58,406 nt of DNA. Origin: an uncultured Candidatus Saccharibacteria bacterium. GTDB lineage: Bacteria; Patescibacteriota; Minisyncoccia; 2-02-FULL-40-12; GWA2-44-9. Shown piece after piece: positions 11,167 through 20,580 of the stretch. The position numbers and the translations under genes were made by a program. Positions within the stretch are counted from its first letter, which is position 1. Every line of letters starts with the position of its first letter. The notes under the pieces were generated by a model. It was given only the letters and a program-made list of their open reading frames with translations. It was not told the origin of the DNA and ran no database searches. Location: positions 1 to 58,406 of the forward strand of contig CAZENF010000004.1 of NCBI GenBank assembly GCA_964513645.1, in the 5' to 3' direction.

Positions 11167-11802
11167 TTATTCGAACTTTTCTCCTTTATATATCCAAACT
11201 TTAATTCCAATCGTACCATATGTCGTATGCGCCGTGGCTTTTGCGTAATCGATATCGGCCCGCAATGTTTGGAGCGGCAAGCTTCCCTCTTCCAAATGTT
11301 CCGACCTTGCTATTTCGGCTCCGTCGAGTCTTCCACCCATCATAAGTTTTGCGCCTTTAACTTGCTTATTAGATATTATTTTGGCCAAGGTTTGTTTTAA
11401 TATTCTTCGGAAAGGGATCCTTTTCTCCACCTGTTCAGCCATTGATTCAGCCATTATCTTGGCCGAGGCTTCAGGATTTTTTATTTCTTGGATCTCAAGC
11501 CGAACACTGACCTTTTTCTTAAGAATATTCTGTATCTGAACTCTTAATTCTTCGACGCCGGTTCCGCCTTTACCTATGAGAAAGCCAGGTCTTGAAGTAT
11601 AGATGATAACATTTAAAGCATTGGCGCCTCTTTCAAACTCTATCCTATCGATGCCCATATTTTTGAGTTTCTTGTCAAGAAAAGCTCTGGCCTTCAGGTC
11701 GTCTTTGAGGTAACTCTGGTATTTGCGGCCACCAAACCAACGGGATGCCCAATCCTTATTAATACCGGTTCGTAATGAAGTTGGTGATATTTTTTGTCCC
11801 AT
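11167..11802 (-). CDS. rpsC: 30S ribosomal protein S3
   Basis: 211 aa starting MGQKISPTSLRTGINKDW, with a KH domain. Confidence 0.95.
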   Translation of the reverse strand: MGQKISPTSLRTGINKDWASRWFGGRKYQSYLKDDLKARAFLDKKLKNMGIDRIEFERGANALNVIIYTSRPGFLIGKGGTGVEELRVQIQNILKKKVSVRLEIQEIKNPEASAKIMAESMAEQVEKRIPFRRILKQTLAKIISNKQVKGAKLMMGGRLDGAEIARSEHLEEGSLPLQTLRADIDYAKATAHTTYGTIGIKVWIYKGEKFE

Positions 11803-11806
11803 GGTT

Positions 11807-12340
11807 TTAAACCACTTTTCTTTGGAATAATTTTTTACCGAAATTGCCCAATATACCTTTCGAGCCGATCTCTCTTTTTACTTCGTGCCGCCCTTGGCGA
11901 GCCTCGCCGCTGGCGGGCTTCTTTGTCTCGTGGGTCTTTGTCTCGTGAACATGCTCTTCGGCAGCTTCTTTTTTAACTTTTTTCTTTTCCATTCTCAAAC
12001 CCGGAGTTCTTTCATCCAAAACTAATTTGATATGGCTTGTTTTTTTCTGGACAGGTTCAGCTCTGCCAAAACCTTTGGCACGGAATCTTTTTAATTTAAT
12101 TCCCTCATCAACGATAAGTTCTTTGATATAAAGATTATCTTTCACCATATTAAAGTTATTTTCCGCATTAGCAATAGCAGAATTTATAAGCTTTTTAAGC
12201 GGTTCTGACGGACGACGGACATAAAACTCAAGCTGGTTAAGAGCTTCGGTAACATTCTTGCCTTTAACCAAACCGGCCACAGCCCGAACTTTTCTCGGGG
12301 CAAGACGTAAGTTATTTAATTTTGCGGTTACTTCTGCCAT
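11807..12340 (-). CDS. rplV: 50S ribosomal protein L22 with a charged C-terminal extension
   Basis: 177 aa. The L22 core is followed by a ~60-aa K/E-rich tail. Confidence 0.9.
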   Translation of the reverse strand: MAEVTAKLNNLRLAPRKVRAVAGLVKGKNVTEALNQLEFYVRRPSEPLKKLINSAIANAENNFNMVKDNLYIKELIVDEGIKLKRFRAKGFGRAEPVQKKTSHIKLVLDERTPGLRMEKKKVKKEAAEEHVHETKTHETKKPASGEARQGRHEVKREIGSKGILGNFGKKLFQRKVV

Positions 12341-12345
12341 AAAAT

Positions 12346-12696
12346 TTATTTTTTAGCTTCACCTTCAGCCGGTACTGCTTTGGCGGCCTGGGCTACTTCT
12401 ATTTCTTTTTGTTTTTGGGCTGCCTCAAGTTCTCTCTGCATTCTTCCACCATGTCTTACGAACTTACGAGTATGTGAAAATTCTCCTAACTTATGGCCGA
12501 CCATATCTTCAGTGACTAAAACGGGAATATGCACCCGGCCGTTGTGAACACCAAAGGTATAACCGATCATTTCAGGAACTATCGTACACGCGCGTGACCA
12601 TGTCTTAATAACAGTCTTATCTCCCGCTTTAAGCTTGGCTATCTTTTTCAAAAGCCTTTCATCTACGTATGGACCCTTTTTAAGTGATCTGCTCAT
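12346..12696 (-). CDS. rpsS: 30S ribosomal protein S19 with a C-terminal extension
   Basis: Starts [12 protein letters not shown] and contains ...[13 protein letters not shown]. It has about 25 extra C-terminal residues. Confidence 0.93.
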   Translation of the reverse strand: MSRSLKKGPYVDERLLKKIAKLKAGDKTVIKTWSRACTIVPEMIGYTFGVHNGRVHIPVLVTEDMVGHKLGEFSHTRKFVRHGGRMQRELEAAQKQKEIEVAQAAKAVPAEGEAKK

Positions 12697-12699
12697 GGT

Positions 12700-13524
12700 T
12701 TATTTTATTCTTCTTCTCATTATAAATTTACCCGATTTCTTTTTTCTGTTTCTTGTCTTATGACCTCCAGTAATTTTACCCTGGGCTGTCTTAGGCCTTC
12801 GGGTTCCTCTGCCTTGTCTGCCTTCTCCTCCGCCGTACGGATGGTCAACCGGGTTCTTAACGCTACCGCGAACTTTCGGTCTTCGGCCGAGCCAGCGCGA
12901 ACGTCCAGCCTTACCCAAAATAACTGAACTATGTTCGCTATTTGAAACTTGTCCGATCGAAGCATAACAATCTTCGGAAACCATTCTTATTTCTGATGAA
13001 GGCATAACCAGCTGAACATGACCCCGATCTGAAGCCAATACTGTTGCGCCTGAACCGGCTGAACGGACTATTTTGCCGCCCTGTCCAGGGAATAATTCTA
13101 TATTATGCACAATCATGCCTTGAGGTATGTTCTTGAGCTTCATTCTGTTCCCCGCTTTAAGCTGGCCTTTTTCTGAAGTGATTATCGTTTCCCCGGTCTT
13201 TAATTCTTGAGGAGCAATTATATATCTTTTTTCACCGTCGGCATAATGTAATCTCGCTATTCTTGAAGTTCGGTTCGGATCATATTCAAGAGCGGCAACA
13301 TAAGCTGGAATATTGAATTTATCCTGCCTGAAATCTATCTCGCGGAATAATCTCTTGGCGCCGCCGCCGCGATAATGACTAGTAACCCGGCCTTTATTAT
13401 TGCGGCCAAAAGCACGTTTATTAAAACGAGTCAGATTCTTCAAGGGTTCGGCTTTTGAAAGCTTAGAAAAATCATAGCCTGTCATTTCTCTCCTTGATGG
13501 TGTTGTTGGGTTATACGATTTCAT
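12700..13524 (-). CDS. rplB: 50S ribosomal protein L2
   Basis: 274 aa with ...VKNPVDHPYGGGEGR.... Confidence 0.95.
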   Translation of the reverse strand: MKSYNPTTPSRREMTGYDFSKLSKAEPLKNLTRFNKRAFGRNNKGRVTSHYRGGGAKRLFREIDFRQDKFNIPAYVAALEYDPNRTSRIARLHYADGEKRYIIAPQELKTGETIITSEKGQLKAGNRMKLKNIPQGMIVHNIELFPGQGGKIVRSAGSGATVLASDRGHVQLVMPSSEIRMVSEDCYASIGQVSNSEHSSVILGKAGRSRWLGRRPKVRGSVKNPVDHPYGGGEGRQGRGTRRPKTAQGKITGGHKTRNRKKKSGKFIMRRRIK

Positions 13525-13532
13525 AGTTTAAA

Positions 13533-13955
13533 TTATGGCTTAGCTTGGCCAATAGCATATCCTTCCTTAAGAACAACGACGGCTTTTTTAAAACCTGATC
13601 TTTCTCCAGGGTGTCTTCCGAAATCTCTTCGCTTTTCCGGCATATTCAGGATCTTTACGGTCTTAACTTTAACATTAAAAAGCTTTGAAACTTCTTTTTT
13701 TATTTCTGATTTGTTGGCGTCCTTTTCGACACTAAAAGTGTAGTGGTTAAAAGAATTACCCAAAGAAGATTTTTCGCTGACATAAAACCCTTTCAGGATC
13801 TTGTGGGCACCGTGGCTTCCGACGCCGGAAAAAGAATCGCTACCTTGACCAGAAGATTTTTCTTCTGAAGTTTCCGAAGATGTTTCTTCCTTTTGAACAT
13901 CCCTTAATTCTTTGCTATCAGTGTTTTTAGTTTTCTTGAACGGGTTTAATTTCAT
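13533..13955 (-). CDS. rplW: 50S ribosomal protein L23 with a ~45-aa S/E-rich N-terminal extension
   Basis: The C-terminal ~95 aa are L23-like (KSEIKKEVSKLFNVKVKTVKILN), and the gene sits between rplD and rplB. Confidence 0.85.
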   Translation of the reverse strand: MKLNPFKKTKNTDSKELRDVQKEETSSETSEEKSSGQGSDSFSGVGSHGAHKILKGFYVSEKSSLGNSFNHYTFSVEKDANKSEIKKEVSKLFNVKVKTVKILNMPEKRRDFGRHPGERSGFKKAVVVLKEGYAIGQAKP

Positions 13956-13957
13956 GA

Positions 13958-14602
13958 TTATTGGTTAAACGTTCTGCTGATAACTTCAACAGCATCCTTC
14001 ATTAATAAAAGATTTTTTCTGGCTATTACATCCAGTGCATTAAGGTTCCGAGCCTCCATTACATCCACTTTGGGCAAATTTCTCGTAACTCTTTCTACCG
14101 TATCCCCCATTTTATGGCCGGTTATGACAAGCAGGCTTCCATGTTTTGAAGGCAACAGGTCTGATAATTTATTTAAAACGCTGGACATTTGTTTTGTTTT
14201 CCAATTCTCGAGCTTTATCTCATCAAGAACTAAAAGTTCTTTGTCGCGAGACTTGGAAGACAAAGCAACAAACAAAGCTTTACGGGCCATTTTTTTATTT
14301 ATATCTTTTTTGAAATTTCTTTCTTTGCGGGGACCAAAAGTTGTCCCGCCGCCCTTCCAAATAGGTGAACGAATAGAACCATGACGAGCACGTCCGGTAC
14401 CTTTCTGGCGCCACGGTTTTTTACCGCCTCCTCTGACCTCTCCTCTGTCTTTGGTATGAGCAAGGTTTTGTCTTTTATTGGACATCTGAGAAGTAACAAC
14501 CTGGTACAATAGATCCTTGTTCATCGGCACGTCAAAAACATCTTCAGGTAAGGTTACCTTGCCGACTTTTTCCGCCTCCTGATTGTACATTGGATATTCC
14601 AT
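13958..14602 (-). CDS. rplD: 50S ribosomal protein L4
   Basis: 214 aa with GGGKKPWRQKGTGRARHGSIRSPIWKGGG. Confidence 0.95.
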   Translation of the reverse strand: MEYPMYNQEAEKVGKVTLPEDVFDVPMNKDLLYQVVTSQMSNKRQNLAHTKDRGEVRGGGKKPWRQKGTGRARHGSIRSPIWKGGGTTFGPRKERNFKKDINKKMARKALFVALSSKSRDKELLVLDEIKLENWKTKQMSSVLNKLSDLLPSKHGSLLVITGHKMGDTVERVTRNLPKVDVMEARNLNALDVIARKNLLLMKDAVEVISRTFNQ

Positions 14603-15210
14603 TATTGTGTTTGAATCAGAACCAGCCCTCCCTTGTTGCCGGGCACAGCTCCTTTTATCGCCAAGAGGTTATTTTCAGTATCAACAACGACTACCTTTAA
14701 CCCACGGACGGTCAATTTATCGTTGCCCATCCTGCCAGGCATTCTTAAACCTTTCAAAGTATGTTGAGGGAAACGTTGGCCGATCGAACCGGCATGGCGC
14801 TGAACGGAACGATGACCATGGCTTCTGGGCATACCATGAAAACCATGTCTCTTAACTACTCCCTGAAAACCTTTACCCTTGGTCACGCCACTAACCTTAA
14901 CGGCGTCACCGGGAGCAAAGGTTGAAACATCTATTTTATCACCAACTTTTTTATCACCAGCTTCTACTCTGAATTCTTTTAAGACCGTGAAATTGCCTAA
15001 GTTTTTAAAATGGCCTTTCTGGGCCTTAGCGATATTTTTTTCTTTTCTAACGCCGAAACCAACCTGAACTGATTCATATTTATCTTTTTCTTTATTTTTA
15101 ACCTGAACAACCGTGTTTGGTTCCGCTTCAATAACTGTCACAGGAATGACATCGCCGTTTTCACCATAAACTTGGGACATACCTAATTTTTTTCCGATTA
15201 TATATGCCAT
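14602..15210 (-). CDS. rplC: 50S ribosomal protein L3
   Basis: Starts MAYIIGKKLGMSQVY and contains ...GKGFQGVVKRHGF. I place the start at ATG 15210. The ORF-track TTG at 15222 adds 4 codons. Confidence 0.93.
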   Translation of the reverse strand: MAYIIGKKLGMSQVYGENGDVIPVTVIEAEPNTVVQVKNKEKDKYESVQVGFGVRKEKNIAKAQKGHFKNLGNFTVLKEFRVEAGDKKVGDKIDVSTFAPGDAVKVSGVTKGKGFQGVVKRHGFHGMPRSHGHRSVQRHAGSIGQRFPQHTLKGLRMPGRMGNDKLTVRGLKVVVVDTENNLLAIKGAVPGNKGGLVLIQTQ

Positions 15211-15219
15211 AATTACAAA

Positions 15220-15245
15220 CAAAAAACCCAGATTAGCTGGGCTTA
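15220..15245 (-). terminator. Terminator/attenuator-like hairpin 17 nt upstream of rplC
   Basis: The minus strand reads AAGCCCAGCTAATCTGGGTTTTTTGTTTG, then AATT and ATG. Confidence 0.45.
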
Positions 15246-15327
15246 ACCATGCTAAACTTATTATTTTCTAAACTATTTTGGTTTTGTATTTAAAACCAAT
15301 ATTTCTTAACAATTAAGATATATTCTC

Positions 15328-15406
15328 GAAGGTATTTTTAGAAACCGTTTTGCCAAATGTTCTCACTTCCGTGAACTTTTCTGGCAATTGCCGGATAAAT
15401 ACCTTT
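15328..15406 (-). other. ~79-nt hairpin element in the rpsJ-rplC spacer
   Basis: Arms AAGGTATTT (15329-15337) and AAATACCTT (15397-15405) enclose the GGCAATTGCC palindrome and the GTTCTCAC..GTGAAC stem. Confidence 0.45.
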
Positions 15407-15466
15407 TCAAATTACTACCTTATTCCCCCGCACATAATAATTATATGCGAGGAGTAAAGTAATAAA

Positions 15467-15796
15467 TTACATCTTAACCTCAATATCGACTCCCGCAGGT
15501 AAGTTCAGATTCATCAGGGAATCGATAATCTTCGGGGTTGGTGATGGAACATCAATTATTCTCTTATGTGTCCTCATCTCGAACTGTTCTCTGGAATTTT
15601 TATCAATGAAAGTCGAGCGATTCACAGTATATTTATGTATCTCTGTCGGCAACGGAATAGGTCCGGTCGGTTTCCCGCCGTAACGCTCTATCGTTTCAAC
15701 TATCTGCTGGGCCGACTTATCGATTATCTTGTTATCATAGGCCCGCAGTTTGATACGAATCTTCTGGTTTAAATCTTTGTCTTTTTTCGTTGCCAT
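15467..15796 (-). CDS. rpsJ: 30S ribosomal protein S10
   Basis: Starts [21 protein letters not shown]. Start placed at ATG 15796; the ORF-track TTG at 15811 lies inside the upstream hairpin. Confidence 0.93.
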   Translation of the reverse strand: MATKKDKDLNQKIRIKLRAYDNKIIDKSAQQIVETIERYGGKPTGPIPLPTEIHKYTVNRSTFIDKNSREQFEMRTHKRIIDVPSPTPKIIDSLMNLNLPAGVDIEVKM

Positions 15797-15810
15797 GTTG
15801 CCAAAGAACA

Positions 15811-15840
15811 ATTAAGCATCCTCCTCCAAGGATGCTTAAT
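15811..15840 (-). other. 11-bp hairpin between tuf and rpsJ with a GGAGGA loop
   Basis: The sense strand reads AUUAAGCAUCC-UUGGAGGA-GGAUGCUUAAU, then UGUUCUUUGGCAAC and AUG. Confidence 0.5.
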
Positions 15841-15844
15841 TTAT

Positions 15845-17047
15845 TTATGCGTGGATCTTTGTTACGACTCCTGCGCCGACAGTTTTACCACCCTCACGGA
15901 TAGCAAATCTCTGTTTTTCCTGCATAGCGATAGGAGCGATTAATTTAACTTTCAAATTAGCGGTATCACCCGGCATAACCATTTCAACATTGGCCGGAAG
16001 CATCACTTCACCGGTAACATCAGTGGTTCGGAAGTAAAATTGAGGTTTATATCCCTTGAAGAATGGGGTATGCCTGCCGCCTTCTTCTTTGGTCAAAACA
16101 TAGATCTCTGCATCGAATTCCGTGTGGGGAGTGATTGAACCAGGTTTAGCAAGAACCTGTCCGCGTTCAATGTCTTCTTTCTTTACACCTCTCAAAAGTA
16201 TACCGGCATTGTCTCCGGCCATGCCTTCGTCAAGTGATTTATTGAACATTTCAATACCGGTAACAACGGTTTTCGCAGTAGGTTTAATACCGACTATCTC
16301 AACTTCTTCGTTTACCTTAACAATTCCTCTTTCGATACGACCAGTAACAACCGTACCGCGGCCTTCGATTGAAAAGATATCTTCGATAGGCATCAGGAAT
16401 GGCTTGTCGGTTTCACGAACCGGGTCCGGAACGTAATTGTCGAGCTGGTCAATAAGTTCTTTGACTTTTTTGGCCCATTCATCGTCTTTTGATTTGGCTT
16501 CGAGAGCTTTCAAGCCCGAACCGCGGATTATCGGAGTTTTGTCTCCGGGAAACTGATATTTATTCAAAAGTTCGCGGATCTCGGTTTCAACGAGGTCAAT
16601 CATTTCCGGGTCATCAACCTGGTCTACTTTGTTCAAGAAAACAAGAAGATAAGGCACGCCGACCTGGCGGGCAAGAAGAATATGTTCACGGGTTTGAGGC
16701 ATTGGACCGTCCGAAGCGGCAACCACCAAAACAGCCGCATCCATTTGAGCGGCGCCAGTGATCATGTTCTTGATATAATCCTGGTGACCAGGAGCATCGA
16801 CGTGAGCGTAGTGTCTCTTAGGTGTTTCATACTCCGAGTGGTGCAAAGCAATGGTAATACCACGTGCTCTTTCTTCTGGAGCATTGTCGATCTGATCGAC
16901 GGCTTCAACACGGGCAGTATAACCTTCGTCTTTAAAAAGATTCAAAGTATGCAAAATTGCCGCGGTTAGAGTTGTTTTACCGTGGTCAACGTGACCGATT
17001 GTGCCGACATTCAAGTGCGGCTTAGATCTTTCGAATTTTCCTGCCAT
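15845..17047 (-). CDS. tuf: Elongation factor Tu
   Basis: 400 aa with [14 protein letters not shown] and NKVD motifs. Confidence 0.98.
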   Translation of the reverse strand: MAGKFERSKPHLNVGTIGHVDHGKTTLTAAILHTLNLFKDEGYTARVEAVDQIDNAPEERARGITIALHHSEYETPKRHYAHVDAPGHQDYIKNMITGAAQMDAAVLVVAASDGPMPQTREHILLARQVGVPYLLVFLNKVDQVDDPEMIDLVETEIRELLNKYQFPGDKTPIIRGSGLKALEAKSKDDEWAKKVKELIDQLDNYVPDPVRETDKPFLMPIEDIFSIEGRGTVVTGRIERGIVKVNEEVEIVGIKPTAKTVVTGIEMFNKSLDEGMAGDNAGILLRGVKKEDIERGQVLAKPGSITPHTEFDAEIYVLTKEEGGRHTPFFKGYKPQFYFRTTDVTGEVMLPANVEMVMPGDTANLKVKLIAPIAMQEKQRFAIREGGKTVGAGVVTKIHA

Positions 17048-17166
17048 TTGGCTGTCTTGTAGCTTGTAGCATAGTAGATTTTAGGACAAACCTAAAAGGC
17101 TAAAGGGCTAAAAAGCTACACTATTTAGTTTAATAATACGTAAGTTCTATTTTAATCTAAAGCTCC

Positions 17167-17469
17167 CTATTCGTCAACCCCGAACCTTGATAACCCTTTC
17201 TCTTCCATTTCTATCTGGCTTTTAAGAGCGAGTATCTCTTTATTGAGTCTTTCTAAGATTTCAGTCTCACGCTCGAGATAATTTTGGTTAGTACCGGCAA
17301 CGGAACCATTAGCCGATTGGTGTATTTTGACTGGTTTTTCCTCAATCTTATCCGCAACCATATCCTTATAAGCATTGTAGCCAAGGACCACAAAGGACGG
17401 TTCGCCATTTTCCATGACCAAAACCGCAGTTGAGGTTTTGATGAGTTTTTTTATCTCTGAAATATCCAT
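17167..17469 (-). CDS. Phd/YefM-like antitoxin-domain protein with a coiled-coil tail
   Basis: The N-terminal AVLVMENGEPSFVVLGYNAYKDM resembles the Phd/YefM fold signature. No toxin partner is visible. Confidence 0.45.
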   Translation of the reverse strand: MDISEIKKLIKTSTAVLVMENGEPSFVVLGYNAYKDMVADKIEEKPVKIHQSANGSVAGTNQNYLERETEILERLNKEILALKSQIEMEEKGLSRFGVDE

Positions 17470-17537
17470 AACTTGGTCATATTATTAAAAATTCCTAAAA
17501 AATGCAAACCATTCATTCCGCCTTCATCATTTCTCAT
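17451..17537 (-). CDS. Possible 28-aa small ORF with a strong SD
   Basis: GAGGAGG lies 7 nt before the ATG, and the ORF encodes MRNDEGGMNGLHFLGIFNNMTKLWIFQR*. It overlaps the start of the Phd-like gene by 19 nt. Confidence 0.2.
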   Translation of the reverse strand: MRNDEGGMNGLHFLGIFNNMTKLWIFQR

Positions 17538-17762
17538 CCCTTCGCCTCCTCAACAAATATCTCTCTATTTATTATGTTGTTATGCTCATACCGGAGCTGT
17601 AACAACTATTATTCCGACAAAAATTTAGCATCCGTTCTTCCTTTCAGGATTTTCCGGCTAAATTTTTGTGAATCGGAATAATTTAATAAATAGCTCCTAT
17701 TTGTAGTGACTCGGCTCATTGGATTTGAAACGATGATAGCTGCGCTTTGATTTAAAATAGAT

Positions 17763-17790
17763 AAAACGAAAGACCGCTGGGAAGCGGTCT
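17763..17790 (-). terminator. Intrinsic terminator after the 17833-18147 gene
   Basis: The minus strand reads AGACCGCTTCCCAGCGGTCTTTCGTTTT. Confidence 0.65.
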
Positions 17791-17832
17791 GATGGGATAG
17801 TCGGCTCGACATTTGACGACAGCTGGCCATAG

Positions 17833-18147
17833 CTACGGGATCTCTACGCCTAATTCTGACAAAAGGTGATTCTTGAGGTCGGTGATCTTCCAGTTTGCTT
17901 TTGGTGGTTCAGGCAGAGGAAGTGTTTGGTCACGCTCCCATTTCATTACCACCAAAACACAGCACCTGGCAGTTTCGGCGACGGCTTCAGCATCATAATA
18001 AGTATGGTCCCATGTCGCCGAAGCCATGGTTCTCTTGGATTTTTCAACGACTCCCTTGAGATGTTCTTTCATCTGTTCGGTATTTCCGGTTGGTCCCTCA
18101 TAGTCAAGCTTCTCCAGCCATTTCTTAAGGTCGTTAAATGATGCCAT
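17833..18147 (-). CDS. Hypothetical 104-aa protein
   Basis: A clean ORF preceded by SD AGGAGGTG (rc 18153-18160) and a consensus promoter, and followed by a terminator. I recognise no family. Confidence 0.7.
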   Translation of the reverse strand: MASFNDLKKWLEKLDYEGPTGNTEQMKEHLKGVVEKSKRTMASATWDHTYYDAEAVAETARCCVLVVMKWERDQTLPLPEPPKANWKITDLKNHLLSELGVEIP

Positions 18148-18179
18148 TTGCCACCTCCTATATTTATATTATATATTAA

Positions 18180-18208
18180 ATTATACTCTTTTTAAATGAT
18201 TTTGTCAA
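18180..18208 (-). promoter_or_regulatory. Perfect-consensus promoter, TTGACA-17-TATAAT
   Basis: rc 18203-18208 is TTGACA, rc 18180-18185 is TATAAT, and the spacer is exactly 17 nt. Confidence 0.7.
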
Positions 18209-18289
18209 GATAGATAAGGCGAGATCGTATCTAATTTTTTATCTCTATCCGCAGGCAAAGAGATGGTTAAAGAACTATGCCAGATTTAT

Positions 18290-18357
18290 CCGATAATGCA
18301 CGAGGTCGAGCGCTCGCCGAAGGCGAGAGGCAAGCGAGGTTTACTTGTGATTATCGG
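18290..18357. other. 68-nt hairpin element downstream of fusA
   Basis: Arms CCGATAATGCAC and GTGATTATCGG enclose a GC-rich interior containing CTCGCC-GAAG-GCGAG. Confidence 0.45.
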
Positions 18358-18431
18358 TCAACAAATCCAGGTCTATATTCGAAGACATCGAAGTAGACGA
18401 GGACCGGAAAGAAATTAGGTATGGCTGAGTG

Positions 18432-20537
18432 CTATTTTTTACCTTCGATTATTTGCTGGGCAACGTTAGCCGGAACCGGCTCGTAATGATCAAATTCCAT
18501 CGTAAATGTTCCCCGGCCTTCAGTCAGCGATCTTAGAGTCGTCGCATAGCCGAACATTTCAGACAAAGGAACTTTAGAATCAACGACCTTCAAACCGAGA
18601 GTGCCTCGGTCGCTTAGGTTGTTTATCTGTCCCCTGCGTGAAGCCAAGTCACCGGTTGTTTCACCCATGAATTTTTCAGGCGTGATTATATCAAGTTTCA
18701 TTATCGGTTCAAGTAAGACCAATTTAGCCCGTTTTGAAGCTTCTTGCAATGCCATGGCACCGGCGATCTTGAAAGCAATTTCTGAAGAGTCGACTTCGTG
18801 GTAAGAACCGTCGTAAAGAGTAACCTTGATGTCCACTAACGGAAATCCGGCAAGAACACCTTTGTCCAAAGCCTCCCGGACGCCCTTTTCGGTCGGATTG
18901 ATAAATTCTTCAGGAACCACGCCGCCTTTGATAGCATTAACAAATTCAAAACCCTTGCCCCTTTCGAGCGGCTCCACTCTCAACCAAACATGGCCATATT
19001 GACCACGACCGCCTGATTGACGAATATATTTGCCTTCGGCCTGGGCTTCCTGGGTAATTGTTTCTTTATAAGCAACCTGCGGCCGACCGACATTAACGTT
19101 TACACCAAATTCACGCCTCATACGGTCAACAATAATATCCAAATGTAACTCGCCCATTCCGGAGATTATGGTCTCGGCTGTTTCTTGATCAGTCTTTATT
19201 CTGAAGGTCGGATCCTCATCCGAAAGTTTCCTCAAAGCGATAGACATTTTTTCCTGGTCAGCTTTGGTCTTAGGTTCGATTCTCAATGAAATAACTGGTT
19301 CCGGAACATCAATACCCTCGAGAACTATCGGGTTGGCCGGATCACAAAGCGTGTCTCCAGTTTTAGTATCTTTCAAACCTACTGTCGCCGCGATATTACC
19401 AGCATAAATATCTTTTATCTCTTCACGCTGGTTGGCATGCAAACGGACTATACGGCTGATGCGTTCCTGATTACCAGTACGGGTATTCAAAACATAAGAA
19501 CCAGACGAAAGTTTACCTGAATAAACCCTGAAAAAGGTGAGCGAACCGACAAAAGGATCGGTCGCAGTTTTGAAAGCCAAAGCGGCGAACGGAACATTGT
19601 CACTCGGCAAAACCTCTTTCTCCTGATTCGTTTTCTGGTCAATGCCTTTTGTCGGAGGGATATCGAGCGGTGAAGGCAAATAGTAAACTACAGCATCGAG
19701 CACAAGCTGGATGCCTTTGTTCTTCAGAGCCGAACCGCAAAAAACTGGAAAAAGTTTGTTTTCGATAGTTGCCTTGCGGATTATTTTTCTCAATCTTTCT
19801 GTTGAAATTTCTTTGCCGTCGAGATATTCAGCCATTGCATCATCATCTTGTTCAACGATTTTTTCGATTGCAGCAGTCCTTTCTTCTTTTGCTTTTTCGA
19901 CCAAATGAGCAGGGAGCTCGCCTTTTACCACCTTTTCGCCTTTATCCCCCTCAAAGGTGTAATAGGTCATGGTCAAAAGGTCAACAATTCCCTTGTGCTG
20001 ATCCTCATGACCGTCGGGTATTTGAAGCTTAACCGCGTTCGGGGATAATCTTTCAAGGATAGACTGGAAAGAGCGGTCAAAAGATGCACCCAAGCGGTCG
20101 AGTTTGTTAACAAAACAAATACGCGGAACCTGATAGTCATCGGCATAGCGCCAGTTTGTTTCTGACTGAGGCTCAACACCGGCCACACCGTCAAAAACAA
20201 CAACTGCGCCGTCCAAAACCCTTAACGAGCGTTTAACTTCAATGGTGAAATCAATGTGCCCCGGAGTATCGATTATATTGAACTTAACCTTCTCGGTATT
20301 TTTATCCTTAGCATCGGTCGGAGACCAATAAGCAGTCGTGGCGGCAGCAGTAATGGTAATTCCTCTCTCACGTTCCTGTTCCATCCAATCCATAACCGTA
20401 TCTCCTTCGTGAACTTCTCCTATCTTATGTGAAATTCCGGTATAAAAAAGGATCCTCTCCGAGGTTGTTGTTTTTCCGGCATCAATATGAGCAATAACAC
20501 CGATATTCCTAATTTTCTCGATTGGATAATCTGCCAT
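18432..20537 (-). CDS. fusA: Elongation factor G
   Basis: 701 aa with AHIDAGKTT and DTPGH motifs. Confidence 0.98.
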   Translation of the reverse strand: MADYPIEKIRNIGVIAHIDAGKTTTSERILFYTGISHKIGEVHEGDTVMDWMEQERERGITITAAATTAYWSPTDAKDKNTEKVKFNIIDTPGHIDFTIEVKRSLRVLDGAVVVFDGVAGVEPQSETNWRYADDYQVPRICFVNKLDRLGASFDRSFQSILERLSPNAVKLQIPDGHEDQHKGIVDLLTMTYYTFEGDKGEKVVKGELPAHLVEKAKEERTAAIEKIVEQDDDAMAEYLDGKEISTERLRKIIRKATIENKLFPVFCGSALKNKGIQLVLDAVVYYLPSPLDIPPTKGIDQKTNQEKEVLPSDNVPFAALAFKTATDPFVGSLTFFRVYSGKLSSGSYVLNTRTGNQERISRIVRLHANQREEIKDIYAGNIAATVGLKDTKTGDTLCDPANPIVLEGIDVPEPVISLRIEPKTKADQEKMSIALRKLSDEDPTFRIKTDQETAETIISGMGELHLDIIVDRMRREFGVNVNVGRPQVAYKETITQEAQAEGKYIRQSGGRGQYGHVWLRVEPLERGKGFEFVNAIKGGVVPEEFINPTEKGVREALDKGVLAGFPLVDIKVTLYDGSYHEVDSSEIAFKIAGAMALQEASKRAKLVLLEPIMKLDIITPEKFMGETTGDLASRRGQINNLSDRGTLGLKVVDSKVPLSEMFGYATTLRSLTEGRGTFTMEFDHYEPVPANVAQQIIEGKK

Positions 20538-20580
20538 GTGAAATTTGTCTATGAGCGTAGCGAGTAGCTACAAATGAGCT

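Noticed and set aside
13520-13540. TCATAGTTTAAATTATGG at the rplW/rplB junction as a third copy of the TCATAGT-N3-ACTATGA motif.
   Set aside because: Only the left half matches. The sequence is explained by the rplB start codon and the rplW stop codon.
17609-17830. 73-aa minus-strand ORF between the two inserted genes.
   Set aside because: It contains the intrinsic terminator (17763-17790) and a 70-nt hairpin (about 17611-17684). It has no SD and an unconvincing S/R-rich sequence.
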